DNA from: Oopsacas minuta
Lineage: Eukaryota > Animalia > Porifera
Direction: 5' to 3'
Length of the DNA: 64,000 nt
Assembly: GCA_024704765.1 (NCBI GenBank)
Contig: JAKMXF010000312.1
Span: forward strand, 248,001 to 312,000
Both the position numbers and the translations under genes were made by a program. Under the pieces are notes generated by a model. That model saw only the letters and a program-made list of their open reading frames with translations, was not told where the DNA came from and ran no database searches. Of the stretch, positions 14,001 to 25,800 are shown piece after piece; the stretch's first letter is position 1; every line of letters starts with the position of its first letter.

Positions 14001-15210
14001 GACTCAGACCCGTGAGATTAACTACTCGGCAGTCATGACGTCTATAGAGCCGACTACTCCTCTGATTTCCTCAGAAGTTGTCACGGAAATAGATACCCCA
14101 ACAGCTGGAGGGTTTGACAAACGAGAGCAGAGGAACTCATCTGACTACGATTCAGACCAAGAAGGAGGGAGATTAGTTATTGATACAGATGCAGATGACG
14201 TAATAGTGGAACAAGCTCATCCTGTTACTCAAGGGGGCAGTTACACTTCTCTCCCAGACCTGGAGAGAGTGGAAGATCAGGAAGTGTTCCAATCGGATGA
14301 GACCTCTGAACTCAGTCCTGACGTACTCACTGAGCTGTCCCCCACGCAGCCGATAAGGGCACGCTTTGAAGACGCTTGGGCTTATCGGTCCTCTGAGATT
14401 GATCCCCATTGGTCTTCTGATCCCACAAGTTTCAAATTCGAGGAGTATTCCGACTTAGAACCTGACACTATAGGATTGGATGAAGGAGATGTTTTAGTTG
14501 AGAGAATAAACCGGATTAATTTCCCACGGACAGATCCGCCACCTAAGAAATTGAATCCTTTCTCCCGTATAGATACCACACTGAAGCAAAGGAATGTTGA
14601 AGTTTCTCGTCCTATCCCAATCAAACTCAAACACAAACATCCTAAAGCTTCCTTACCCATCGAAATACAACGAACCCTCAAATCCTTAGAGGGACAACAA
14701 AAACTTTCTCAAGATTTAGTCTGGAGCGACCACAAGCGGAACGGACACTCCCCACCTCCTAAAAAACATAAGAGATTCAAACCTGAGATTTCTAACATAC
14801 AAAACGGGAACAGTTTAAAAGAAGAACCTCTTGAGGACAAAGAAGCACTAAGACTACAGTATTTAGCTCAATGCAGGCCAGATCTCTACCAGCAGCATGG
14901 GATATTACCCTATCCCTCTCTCTATCATCCTCTAAGTCAGCTGCTTCTACAGAATCCCTATCTTTCCCCTCCTCTCCTCCCACCAACCGGGAAACTAATC
15001 CTACCTCCAGGAATTCAATTTCCTATTAATAAGCAGCATGAACCTATTCTCGTACAGAACCCTATGACGAGTACCATGTCACATTCATTCCCTCCCCCTC
15101 TGCTCCTCCAGGGGTCCGGTTTATACCCTATACCGTACCCAGCGGCCCCACCTCCTGATGGACCAACACAACCACACGGAAATCATCGGGGTCCAAAATC
15201 AAACACTTAG
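5037..15210 (+). CDS. NCOR1: Nuclear receptor corepressor NCoR/SMRT-like (GPS2-interaction region, two SANT domains)
   Basis: Exons encode [33 protein letters not shown]1 [41 protein letters not shown] (about 9117-9434), SANT2 [23 protein letters not shown] (13258-13439) and a last exon 13504-15210. Small exons between 6.9 and 8.3 kb and the true start are unresolved. Confidence 0.85.
9895..12359 (-). CDS. KPNA2: Importin subunit alpha (KPNA2-like), multi-exon
   Basis: IBB domain [18 protein letters not shown]|[18 protein letters not shown]; ARM repeats [41 protein letters not shown]; C-terminus GGFSF*. Confidence 0.93.
12509..12784 (-). CDS. TRIAP1: TRIAP1/Mdm35 twin CX9C mitochondrial lipid-transfer chaperone
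   Basis: [41 protein letters not shown] matches the Mdm35/TRIAP1 pattern. Confidence 0.92.
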   Translation of the reverse strand: MDSISDKCTELKQAYDSCFNKWLQEKFLQGDRDHDGACGELFSKYQVCLREAIKEVGLNLDDLMDDHLGTDQEKTEDPKDKEHRSDKEDKK

Positions 15211-16156
15211 AAATAGCGATCGATCTGCCTTACAATTCACTTTTTATTTTTTAATCAAATAATGCTTGTAAATATATAATTAGAGTTACCTAATGATTGC
15301 TTAGTGCTGATACTATTTTTAGAACACGGGACTTCGTGCGAATGCTATTAAATAAATAATCTTTATTCACAACAATATAGAAGCTATTTCACAACAGCAA
15401 TATCTTGACAACAGTTATACACATCAGCTATGTTGCAATTGTTCTTCTGTGAGATGAAGCCAATATTCTCAGTACCAATACTCTATTTCTTGTAACTTTA
15501 CCGTCATATGGAAGGTGTCATATATAATAACATACACATGTGATTATATAATAAAAGAGTTCAAATCTTCACGCAAGATCTCAGTACCAAACCATCTACC
15601 AACACTCTTGATTAGTTCCCCCTCGTTCTCTTACTCAACATGAAGAGAGATCACTCATGACGGACACAATCGATAAATACAATTCTTTAAGTAAATAAAC
15701 AATACATTGATTATCCCACCATATATCAAATACCATAGGGCCGTTGCTGTAGTTAGCTTATCGTCATGAGACTGTATTCCTATCAGGAGATGATGCAAAG
15801 TATACCAACGCAGATTCATGATAGATAAGCAAACAATTCCTCTCATGCCTCCTACATATAATTCTTAACTGCAGAATCAGCTGTTTAGCTTTGTAGTCAG
15901 ATACAACAGACGTAACTTGAGGAAGCCTTTATCTTCTCAAGTTGAACTTTTCGACATATTTTGGTGAGTTGATTTGTTCCTCAACTGATCCTCTCTTTAT
16001 TCTCTCTTTCTATATCTAATCAGTAACATAATATACTGGTTAACACGTAACTACCGATAAGGTGGATTGGTATGTACGATCGCCAGGAGAGCAGGTAGTG
16101 TCAGGTCCATTTTTTGTTGTTAAGCTAAACATAATTGTGTAATTAAATTAGTTAAA

Positions 16157-17577
16157 ATGGCTCTTATAAGAGCTCTTATGCTATTATCCCATGAGGGGCC
16201 GATATCACAGATAAAATACAACAGAGATGGAGATCTGTTGTTCTCTGTTTCTAAGACACCGCCCGCTATGGTGTGGCGGACTGACACAGGGATGAGACTC
16301 GGGACTTATGAGTTCGGTGAGAAATCAGCAATCAGCTGTTTAGATATAAACAAGGACACAACTCGTTTAGTGACTGGATCAGCTGGTAATATGATAAGAC
16401 TTTGGGATTGTGAGACAGGAGCATGTTTGCAAACAGGTGAATAATGTTATGGAATACAATAGAGGGTAATATGAACAATTTTGACTATCCGTAGATGTTC
16501 GTATTAACGAGGGTTGAACCGCTCAAGGGTGTCAAAATATCTAAAAGTTTTAGGGAGAGAGTTTCATTATACATAGAAAATACAGTAGAACTCGGATAAT
16601 TCTTACCGGGTTCTACTGTATTTGTACGTAACAGATTGATTGTATTAGTTACGACTCAGACCTCAGTGCGTACTTGTGAGTTCTCATCAGATGGTCAGAT
16701 CATATTCTACACGACAGACGCTCAGCGTAAAATTAGCCCCGAGCTAGCGATATTAACTCTCAAACAATTTGAAGGTGGAGCATTTGATTATATCGCACAG
16801 ACACACATAACTGATTCTAAGGTTACTGCGGCTACTTGGGGGCCTTTTGACCAACATATTATAACAGGTAACAAATCTATTACGTGTTATATTCTGAACA
16901 TTCCATACGTCAATTATGGTTGCTAACTAGGTCATGAGAATGGTAGTCTAAGGTTCTATCAAGCCGACAACAGCGCGAAGCGTGTACAAGTTCTAAGAAA
17001 CGAGCAAATCCACAAAGATACAGTTACAGACCTTAAAATGACAAGTGACAAATTATTCTGTCTGTCCGCATCGAAAGATTTCACCGCCAAACTGTCAACT
17101 TCAGATCGCTTAGAAAATATTAAAACTTTCAATACAGACAGACCTGTAAATGCAGCTGCGATATCATCCCTTAGGAATCACGTGATAATAGGTAAACAAT
17201 CTGATTATAGAGTTATTTACAGTAGATTATGCTTAATGAATTACGGCTGTTTATGACAGTTTTGGGAGGACAGTAGAGGTACAATTTGCCCCCTATCTCA
17301 TGGGTTTCCTTCCCTCTTTCTAGGTGGCGGACAAGAAGCGATGTGGGTGACACAGACTCACTCACACACAGGGAAGTTCGAAGCTAAAATATTCCATGTT
17401 ATCTATGAACAGGAAATAGGCAGAGTCAAGGGACATTTTGGCCCAATCAATTCGTTGGCTTTCCAGCCAGACGGTCGGGGATTCAGTTCCGGCGGAGAGG
17501 ATGGTGTTATCCGTATGCATCAGTTCCCAGAAATATATTATGACTTTGAATTTGACAGATTCAAATTCGACAGATAA
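16157..17577 (+). CDS. EIF3I: Eukaryotic translation initiation factor 3 subunit I (WD40), multi-exon
   Basis: N-terminal HEGPISQIKYNRDGDLLFSVSK; C-terminal GKFEAKIFH..EIGRVKGHFGPINSLAFQPDGRGFSSGGEDG. Confidence 0.95.
16583..16618. mobile_element. 36-bp hairpin micro-MITE with TA flanks, in an EIF3I intron
   Basis: TA-CAGTAGAACTCGG-ATAATTCTTA-CCGGGTTCTACTG-TA; 13-bp TIR with 1 mismatch. Confidence 0.75.
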
Positions 17578-17940
17578 CAGCTGACTTGAGGAATGTATTT
17601 AGAGAAACTATTGTTCTAGAAATTGTTTGTAAATTCTTTTTTTAGAAATAAACAAATAATAACAACAATATTTGATCCGAAATACCAACGCGGTAACTAT
17701 GGAAACAGAGACATACACGTCACTAAAGCACGTTTGGGAAGTTGGTGAATATACTGCTATTATTCATGGTATGTAATTGTATAACACAGCTGTTCCCAAC
17801 TTACCTGAGCGGAGGACAGCAGATAGGTGAAAAAGGTTGAGAATCGCTGAAAATATTATGTCCCAGTGGAAGGTGCTAAAATGTAATAAATTAATAATTG
17901 AGAAATGTAACAACCAGAAAAGTACTAAAATATCAACCAA

Positions 17941-18543
17941 TCAAATCGTGTCTCTATTCCTTGGTGGTTTTATTGGATGATCAATAATAGCTCGTGTCAA
18001 CCAATCAAATCCTTTGGGTATTGCATCAGCTGATATTGCAGATATGCCTAATGCAGCGTGAATACCTGTTAGTTTCGGTAGATTTTGCAACAGCTGATCG
18101 GCTACCTCCGAGGCAGGCACCGCTCCTGGGAGGTCCTGTTTGTTAGCTAGGATTAATAGTGGGAGATTAGCTAATTGTGGTCTTTCTAACACATTCTGGA
18201 GTGCTACTCGTGACGTAGAGAAGTTGTCTTTATCAGATGCGTCTACTAACCAGATTAGGCCATGACACTCTGGAATATAGGACTCCCAAAGGGCTTGTAG
18301 TTCCTCCTGCCCTCCTAAATCCCATAGAAGGTACCTGTACTTACGAACTGTTATCTTTTCACAATTGAGCCCTACCGTTGGTGTTATTCTATCAAGGGGA
18401 ACTCCTATGTACCCCTTACAATACTCCACACGAGTTTGTTCTAAAAAAGTAGTTTTTCCTGCTTTCTCTAATCCCAAAATCAAAATACAATATTCATCCT
18501 TCTCGAATGCATATTTCCAGAATCCGTGGAGTAGAGAAAACAT
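17941..18543 (-). CDS. ARFRP1: ADP-ribosylation factor-related protein 1, single exon
   Basis: MFSLLHGFWKYAFEKDEYCILILGLEKAGKTTFLEQ, PTVGLN, WDLGGQ and NKQD motifs. Confidence 0.93.
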   Translation of the reverse strand: MFSLLHGFWKYAFEKDEYCILILGLEKAGKTTFLEQTRVEYCKGYIGVPLDRITPTVGLNCEKITVRKYRYLLWDLGGQEELQALWESYIPECHGLIWLVDASDKDNFSTSRVALQNVLERPQLANLPLLILANKQDLPGAVPASEVADQLLQNLPKLTGIHAALGISAISADAIPKGFDWLTRAIIDHPIKPPRNRDTI

Positions 18544-18577
18544 CTAATTCAATTACTAAAACACAAATAAATACGTA

Positions 18578-18744
18578 GAGTAACTCCTGTTATATCAAAC
18601 ACGAATCTATAGAAATACCCGCTTATATCGAGGTGTGAAATTGTACAAATATGGTCCCAAACCGTCAAAGTAGCAAATATTCCATTGGTTATATCTAAGT
18701 AATTATCAGGGTCCCCTCAGCTTTGATATGACAGGAGTTTACTT
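18578..18744. mobile_element. MITE family A (Tc1/mariner-pogo type)
   Basis: TIRs AACTCCTGTTATATCAAA ... TTTGATATGACAGGAGTT. Related copies at 279, 36037 and 46658. Confidence 0.8.
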
Positions 18745-18767
18745 GATAAAGATAAAAGTCTTACAAA

Positions 18768-19286
18768 TTACTTGTTATGTTTATTAATATTTACTGTATC
18801 ATCTAAAACCAGACCAATCCTACCGTTCCTCTTGTCTCCCTTTCTCCTCTGTCCTTCCCATGTCCTCGTCACACGTGGCACACTTGACACCTTACGTCTG
18901 TCACTTACGACAACTTTTAACATAATATAAACTGTAGGTATTTTCCGTATAACTTTAAAAGAACACAAACCCTCTGTCCTCGGGGTCCATTTGTCGATTA
19001 TTGTAGTTTCACTGAATTCATGAGTGACTGATAATTGTGGCAGAAGTAACTTTAACCTGTCACCTATCTCAAAACAAGTATCAATAAATTCTCCTTTCGC
19101 GTATATTAACGCGTTAGTTTCCAAGGTGTTATGAACCGTCTTTCCGTTGTCATGGTTACTGAGATAAGAATGTACAACATCAAAGTTGTTTGTTGTAACA
19201 GCAAATGTATTTGATTGATTGAAATCATGAATAGGAGATTCTATATTGTCTATCTCTTGACTGGATTGTAAAGTGTAATTGTTCAT
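18768..19286 (-). CDS. Hypothetical protein (172 aa), unrecognised
   Basis: ATG-initiated ORF with protein-like composition and TAG 1 nt before the ATG. No recognised family. Confidence 0.35.
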   Translation of the reverse strand: MNNYTLQSSQEIDNIESPIHDFNQSNTFAVTTNNFDVVHSYLSNHDNGKTVHNTLETNALIYAKGEFIDTCFEIGDRLKLLLPQLSVTHEFSETTIIDKWTPRTEGLCSFKVIRKIPTVYIMLKVVVSDRRKVSSVPRVTRTWEGQRRKGDKRNGRIGLVLDDTVNINKHNK

Positions 19287-20624
19287 TCTAACGTGTGTTT
19301 AACCGTTTAGCTGTTTAGTTAATTACCTAATAATGAGCAAAACAAGCTAGATACACTAGACTCTGCTTAATAGTCACATAGGGACCCGAATAAGTGGAAT
19401 AAAGGTGTGTCGGATTAACCGGTAGCTCTATAAGCGGAGTCGCAGATATCGTTCTATGAATTCTTCCGAGACACAACCTTACGAGAAGAGGACACTCTGA
19501 CCTACATTTTCGAAATTTTGAGCAAATAAAATGGACTTATAGTTTCTGAGATATGGCCATGCAAAGCGGTTGAGCCACGAGCAATTGTGGCATAAATGAA
19601 ACCCTAATAGTCAGAGAATTAAAGGAGCAAGCTCCTATTTAATTGCAAACAAATTTCATTGTCACTCTGCTGGGACACTTTAGTATACTTCACAATTTAT
19701 TGGACTAATGTAAATCTGAAAGAATGAAAAGTAGGGAGCCGGAGGTGGAAGCACTTAATGCTCTGATTATAGTTGGCCCTGTGGAATCATAACAAGTATT
19801 ATACATATAATTAACATTCCATTACACCAAGTATAGAATAGATTATCTGTTGTAATACAAAACTCTTGATTAAGCCTTATAGAATTACAACAATAGGAAG
19901 GGGCAATGCCAATATGCACGTGCCACGCTTATATAAATAAATCTGTATAAACTGAAATAGAATACATTATTCGTAGCGCGCATTCCTGATCGTAGCGAAG
20001 TAAGGATTTTTGATAAGAATCCTAATGAACTCTTGAAATTTTAATCATTCGTAGAATGGTGGATGAATTTATCCAGAAAAACCCAAGATTAATGCAAAAG
20101 TGATCTAATTAGATAAACCATAATTGTAAAAAGCAAAAAATAGCATTTAAATAGGCTAAAATAACAAATTTTACACTTTGTTTTACTAGTTACTGTAAGG
20201 CTTGTTTCTCATTCGGAATTTCTTAGAAAACAGTAACGGCGGACTGTGTTCTAGTTTATTATCTAATATGTAAATATTTGACGCTTCGTATCACATTCTT
20301 TGTGAGCAGAAAACATTGAATTTCAACGATAAAATTTGGATTGTACGATTGTGAAAAATACAAATAAAATCTTTCCCGAAATGAGAGACAAAGAATGTTA
20401 CTTTACTTGAATAGATCTTTTAGTGGAGATTATTTTTGCCAAAACAGCAGGACAAATTCCATTCCATATACGCACGTGAGATTGGTAGTAAACAACAACA
20501 AAATAACAAATAGAACCTCGTTAAGCGGTCACTGATAACAGTAAATATACCCAGATTAACGAGATTCTACATATATATTCCCGTTATCATAGCACATTTT
20601 CATAATTAGGAGACAAGACAAGAT

Positions 20625-21602
20625 ATGGCCTCAGGAAACACTCATATGGAGTTGGGGAATCTGGACAATAACAAGATATCAAAAGGAGGAATAACTACTT
20701 CATATTCTGTGATACATTTTGTCGTAGACATCGTGTTTCTTGTAATATTAATAATCGCAGGGATCATAACAGAGGCCGCGCCGCTACCGGTTGAAAGATT
20801 AGGATTCTTTTGCGATTCAGAGACGCTTAGGTTCCCATTTCTACCATCGACAATTCCAACATTGAGCTTAATATTCTTCGTATTAATACCAGCAGCGTTT
20901 ATAATCGGCCTTAGCATTCTAGAGCATTTCATATACAAATACGCACATCTAAGACTCCAAACACAGCTTCCTAGTACACCATTTCACGTCAAACTACACT
21001 GCATTTATCGTGAACTGAAGATTCCATATGGCTTATGGAAAACCATGCTTACACTGTACGCATTCATAGTAGGAATATTCCTTACACTAGTAGTGACGAA
21101 TGCTATCAAATTATCTGTGGGAGAGCTCCGTCCACATTTCTTATCAATCTGCCAACCGAATTTCACAGAATTGGAATGCAGAGATAGTTTTGGCTATGCA
21201 ACATATGTTACTAACTACACATGTTATGGAACAGATACAGAAAATATAAGAGAAGCTCGGCTATCTTTCCCGTCAGGTCATGCGTCTTTTATCGTCTATA
21301 ACATGGTGTTCTTAATGTTCTTCTTAGAACTAAAGCCTTATATCCCTAGAGGCATCCGGTCTGCTGTAACACTGCTATTTGCATTAACTGGGATGCTAGT
21401 TGCAATTACACGTCTCTATGATTACAAACACCATGCGAATGACGTAATTGGTGGCAGTATTATCGGCCTCGTGACTGCTATCTTCACCTATTTCTTTCAT
21501 CTCAGACTTAATACAGTACCTAGAAGTGTTGAGTCTCTAGAGGCTGCGAAATCAATAACCTCTGACGAAGCTCCCCCAGGAAATGCAACAAAGTCTAATT
21601 AG
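20625..21602 (+). CDS. Phospholipid phosphatase (PAP2/LPP, PLPP1-3/wunen-like), single exon
   Basis: Catalytic motifs KLSVGELRP, SFPSGH and TRLYDYKHHANDV; several hydrophobic TM-like segments. Confidence 0.93.
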   Translation: MASGNTHMELGNLDNNKISKGGITTSYSVIHFVVDIVFLVILIIAGIITEAAPLPVERLGFFCDSETLRFPFLPSTIPTLSLIFFVLIPAAFIIGLSILEHFIYKYAHLRLQTQLPSTPFHVKLHCIYRELKIPYGLWKTMLTLYAFIVGIFLTLVVTNAIKLSVGELRPHFLSICQPNFTELECRDSFGYATYVTNYTCYGTDTENIREARLSFPSGHASFIVYNMVFLMFFLELKPYIPRGIRSAVTLLFALTGMLVAITRLYDYKHHANDVIGGSIIGLVTAIFTYFFHLRLNTVPRSVESLEAAKSITSDEAPPGNATKSN

Positions 21603-22211
21603 TAAATTGTGCGTGGTTATTACGATAAGTTCGTCATAATCAGAATTAATTACGCTCATATTATTCATTAGTATAATTATAACAAATTACTATATAACTC
21701 TACTTTATACCCAACCAATCCGCTTATATAAAATGTGTCCCCAACCAAGCCTTAAGCATTCAAAGTAAGATAATTAAGTTGGTTATATCGAAGTGATTAG
21801 CGCGGCCCTTTGAGATTCGATATTACGGAAGATGAGTGATAATGTAAAATAAATGAAGCTTTGAATAACAACCAAAATGCCCAAATGGAATGTGTGATGT
21901 AACTATGAATAATTATGTCTTTCTCTAAGATGAAGTTGTGGCCTGCAAAACTCTGATACTTGATTGGTCAAATGACTCTCCAAAGATTAAATGACGTCAC
22001 ATGTATTTCCATGTAACCCTATGACATCATAATATACTCATACGAGTTTACTGTACATTTTCTTATATGTGTATATAGTGTCAAAATATGATAAATAACA
22101 GTCGTCTTATTTAATAGCAGAACTAATCAAATGATCAGAAAAGTGTACACAATAAGTAAGATAAATCAACAGATAGTTAGTTAGTTAAGTTAGTTAGTAG
22201 ACAGCTGAATA

Positions 22212-23417
22212 TTAGCTAATCAAATCCTCAAATTGTAGAAATATGTCATCACTGTCTTGAAGGTCTGCGACGTCTACTTCGTTTTCAGAAGGTTTAGGAC
22301 TGAAATTTGCATTTAAAAGATCCTCGATCTGATCTTCGATTCTGACCTCATCACTTTGACTTCCGTTAATACTCTCACTGATTGAGCATCCGATAGATTC
22401 ACTCAACGAATTACCGAAATATGCAGTAGAATCCAAAGGTGATAGAATTGGTGACATCATAGGATCATCCATAGGTACCTCTGGGGTCACGTTCTCAACC
22501 AGGGAACTTTCTGTTTTTATTTTGAGACGCTTCATGGATGGTTTTTCTTCTAGAGGCGATGAATTGACCTGTGTGCCTATTTTTATTGGCCGTGTCCTCT
22601 TTACACCTGGAACGTTGGGTTTAGGATCTGAATTGAAAGTAATTGGAGATAATTTCCTGGGTCTGTCTTCAAAAGTTATTGGGGAAGGAGGAGATTTCAA
22701 ATTTGAGTTTTTTAGTAGTTTACTAGGACGTATTTGTGTCGGAATATGTCGTTCAGAGGTGTTAGTGTCGCTATGAGTAGTCAGAACTTTGAGGTTACTC
22801 ATAAGAGCTGAAGATGAGTGAGGATTGTAAGAGGGTTCATCGCCAGAACGTAGGTTAACAATCGGGATAGGGGCCGGCTTCTCAATAATCGGTTTGAGAG
22901 ATAATTTTAAATTTGATTTGCTTATAGAAGTATTGTATACAACTGGCTCTATGATTTTATTTGTAAACAAATTTTGTTGATTTTCAATCTGTGTCTGTTC
23001 TTGAATAGTATTCTGTTGTTGTGGGGGTATAGGTGTGTGCTTACGGATAATCGTGTTTGTTTTCTCTCCATTTGTTTGTGAGACTGATTTCTTGAGGGCC
23101 TCGGCTAGTGCTACCGGAAGCTTAGCTGTATCTCGGGGTTTCAAATGTCTGTAAGTACATTTTTTGTTCAAACATCCAGTAGGACTATTCTCGAATTTAC
23201 AAATTGGGGTGTTTGATACTTGTGGGTGTCTTTTGGGACACAGTACGAGCCGACATTTTCCAGATAGCCAATCTCTACAAGGTTCCTGTGTTACTAAGCA
23301 ATCTCTGGAATGTCTGAATTGACAATTCTCTCCATTTCTGCAATTTCCTTGAATAAAAAAGTAACAATCTTCACCAGTTTTACTCATCTCCAGTCGTCCC
23401 AGAAAGCTAGTGCTCAT
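22212..23417 (-). CDS. ZC3H11A: CCCH zinc-finger protein, ZC3H11A-like
   Basis: Three N-terminal C3H1 fingers (EDCYFF..CQFRH, C..W..G.C....C...H, CKFENSPTGC..C..RH) followed by a low-complexity tail. Confidence 0.8.
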   Translation of the reverse strand: MSTSFLGRLEMSKTGEDCYFFIQGNCRNGENCQFRHSRDCLVTQEPCRDWLSGKCRLVLCPKRHPQVSNTPICKFENSPTGCLNKKCTYRHLKPRDTAKLPVALAEALKKSVSQTNGEKTNTIIRKHTPIPPQQQNTIQEQTQIENQQNLFTNKIIEPVVYNTSISKSNLKLSLKPIIEKPAPIPIVNLRSGDEPSYNPHSSSALMSNLKVLTTHSDTNTSERHIPTQIRPSKLLKNSNLKSPPSPITFEDRPRKLSPITFNSDPKPNVPGVKRTRPIKIGTQVNSSPLEEKPSMKRLKIKTESSLVENVTPEVPMDDPMMSPILSPLDSTAYFGNSLSESIGCSISESINGSQSDEVRIEDQIEDLLNANFSPKPSENEVDVADLQDSDDIFLQFEDLIS

Positions 23418-24049
23418 TCATAGAAGATTAGTAAGGAATAAATTCTATAATTTATCAAATAACCAAATTTGTAATATAACATAGCTTACCTTAGGAATGA
23501 AGTCAAAATCAAAAGTAAATATGAATAGATTCCTATTATTCGTGTGTATTTCTTCAATAAATAGCTGTAAGGATATTAGTGCTAGTTACAATGGATAGAA
23601 AGAATAAACAATAACAATTTACTAGGGATTTTTACAATGATAGTTGCTAGTATACTTCATTTTGGCGGCGTTCCAACGTGACGTAACACTATAAGGGAGA
23701 GGGGTTATGAGAAGTGTGACAGCCCTGTGCATATCCTGCCCCTTAGGGAAAGTATCATTCTAGTCGAGTGTGATTAATGAATTTCTTAGAGATACAGTAA
23801 CAATATTATTATCCCATTCAGGGACAGTTTCTACAAAACAGAGGACAGAACACTCACAATATGCTGGATCAAATAGATCACATGGTAACTGTTGTGGCGA
23901 TTTCGTCACCACTTATCAAATTCAATATTATCAACAGTTAACAGAGATGTGTTACTATTCACAGCTCTATCAACTCCAGATGTTATGTAACCCTGGTACC
24001 GCTGGACGGAAGGAGATAACTCCTAACGTCCTCGGCCAAAGGGTAGATA

Positions 24050-24123
24050 CAGTCGATACCAGTTATAAGAACAGATTTTGCTACCCCCACGAGGTTACGG
24101 GTTCTTATAACCGGTATCCACTT
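24050..24123. mobile_element. 74-bp TA-flanked MITE
   Basis: CAGTCGATACCAGTTATAAGAAC ... GTTCTTATAACCGGTATCCACTT. The same right end occurs at 30197-30219. Confidence 0.75.
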
Positions 24124-24352
24124 TACAAATGATACTAAAATTAGAACATTCATGTAATGATTTAAAGAAAAGTCTTTCCTCAGTTCTCAATCTCTCCTGG
24201 AGGGTTTGTGATAATTAGTAAAGGTGTTAAGTAAGTAATTAAACTTAAGGTAGAATTATACTTAGTTGTTATTCATTATATAAGGAAATAGAAATAAAAT
24301 GAAAATAGGAAAATAGTAGAAAATAACAAATAATATAAATATTAGGAATAAA

Positions 24353-25609
24353 CTAGAAAGCTAGGAGATTACATTTCTTGTTCTTTTGAGCTATAATAAT
24401 TCTATTTTTCTTGTCTATAGCTACTCCATAGGGATGATAGAACTTCTGATCTCCTGGTAGCATATCACTACTGATAGTGTGTAGGACTTCTCCTTTATTG
24501 GAGAATATCTTGATTTGATTTCCTTCCCAATCGGCTACGATAATATTCCCCAGTTGATCAATTGAGAAGAAACAACTCCAATCAATCTCACTTTTTTCTA
24601 TCAAACACCTCACTAGCTTTCCTTGTAGAGAGAATATTCGTAGATGGAAAGGAGGAAAGTAACCAAACATGATATACATGTTATCCTCGTACAGTTTTAT
24701 GCTATATGTTAGTGTATCGGATTTAACTTGAGTAGTTTTGAGTTTGATTGTTTTCAGGAATTTGAGATTTTTATCAAACACAATTACTGATTTGTTCTCA
24801 TGCTCACATCCATAAACATTCATGTTTCTATCAATATCAATTCCAGAGACTATTCTCTCTGTTTTAACCGATTTGATAGAATCATTGCTTGACTTTTCAA
24901 TCTTTACTAGCTCGTCTTTAGTAGATACGAAAATGAATTCATTCATTAGAGCTATTCCAACAGGCCGTTGAGGTGTTGGTATTTTGTAGAGATGGTTACC
25001 TTCTCTATCGAATACTTGTATTATGTTAGCGTTATAATCAGTAACAAATATATTCTGTGTTTTGTTGTCAATTGCTATTTGCATTGGATGAGCAATCTCA
25101 CCAGAACCTGTTCCTTCTCGGAACCAGACAGGACACAATTTCACAGAATAATCAACTGGGATTATAGGTCTCTCCTTCAGTGCCACAACCTTACACACAT
25201 CAATCACTGATTGTTCCAGCTGTTCCATCTTCCAGTCCAACTCTAGCCACCCCACATTCACACTCCTTGCTACCTCCTCTCTGATCTCATCTTCTAGCGT
25301 CCGTAGATTCTTCTCGAGTACTTTCTTCAATTTGTTCTTTGTCAGGTCTCTCTCTAGTCCTTCTCTAGCTGTGCACAGTTCCTGGAGGAGCTCTCTCTTC
25401 TCATTGAACTCTTGTCTCGCTTTCATAACAACCTCATCCATCTCTTGTAACAGACTGTGCTCCCTCACTGCTAACAGACTGTGTAGCTGCTGGAAGTTAC
25501 TACTCACTTTCTCTTTCTCTATCTGCACGTGGTTAGTCAGATCTGTTAGATTCATCTCTAACTCATCTACACACATCAGTTCTCCTACAGCTGCTACTCG
25601 CGTCGCCAT
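24353..25609 (-). CDS. Coiled-coil + NHL-repeat beta-propeller protein, copy 2 (intact, intronless)
   Basis: N-terminal coiled coil plus NHL blades ([27 protein letters not shown]; [21 protein letters not shown]; YHPYGVAID). No RING or B-box. Start taken at the shared MATRV. Confidence 0.9.
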   Translation of the reverse strand: MATRVAAVGELMCVDELEMNLTDLTNHVQIEKEKVSSNFQQLHSLLAVREHSLLQEMDEVVMKARQEFNEKRELLQELCTAREGLERDLTKNKLKKVLEKNLRTLEDEIREEVARSVNVGWLELDWKMEQLEQSVIDVCKVVALKERPIIPVDYSVKLCPVWFREGTGSGEIAHPMQIAIDNKTQNIFVTDYNANIIQVFDREGNHLYKIPTPQRPVGIALMNEFIFVSTKDELVKIEKSSNDSIKSVKTERIVSGIDIDRNMNVYGCEHENKSVIVFDKNLKFLKTIKLKTTQVKSDTLTYSIKLYEDNMYIMFGYFPPFHLRIFSLQGKLVRCLIEKSEIDWSCFFSIDQLGNIIVADWEGNQIKIFSNKGEVLHTISSDMLPGDQKFYHPYGVAIDKKNRIIIAQKNKKCNLLAF

Positions 25610-25800
25610 AACTCTTAACTCAAACGTATATTCTATAACTTTTAACTCTATCAATATACCTAACACAATACATACAGTGCTTTTATATGAATCTAATTAT
25701 ACTCAATAGTCATTTGTATTAACAGATAGAATTACAATTCAGAAATGTTTATATGAATATATTAACACTTGTGATTATTCTATTAATAACTCATTCTAAT

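Noticed and set aside
15361-16110. Possible minus-strand gene divergent from EIF3I (MDLTLPALLAI...)
   Set aside because: Good start context, but I could not build a phase-consistent exon chain or recognise a family.
23770-24132. 120-aa ORF
   Set aside because: Runs through a MITE; no domain signal.
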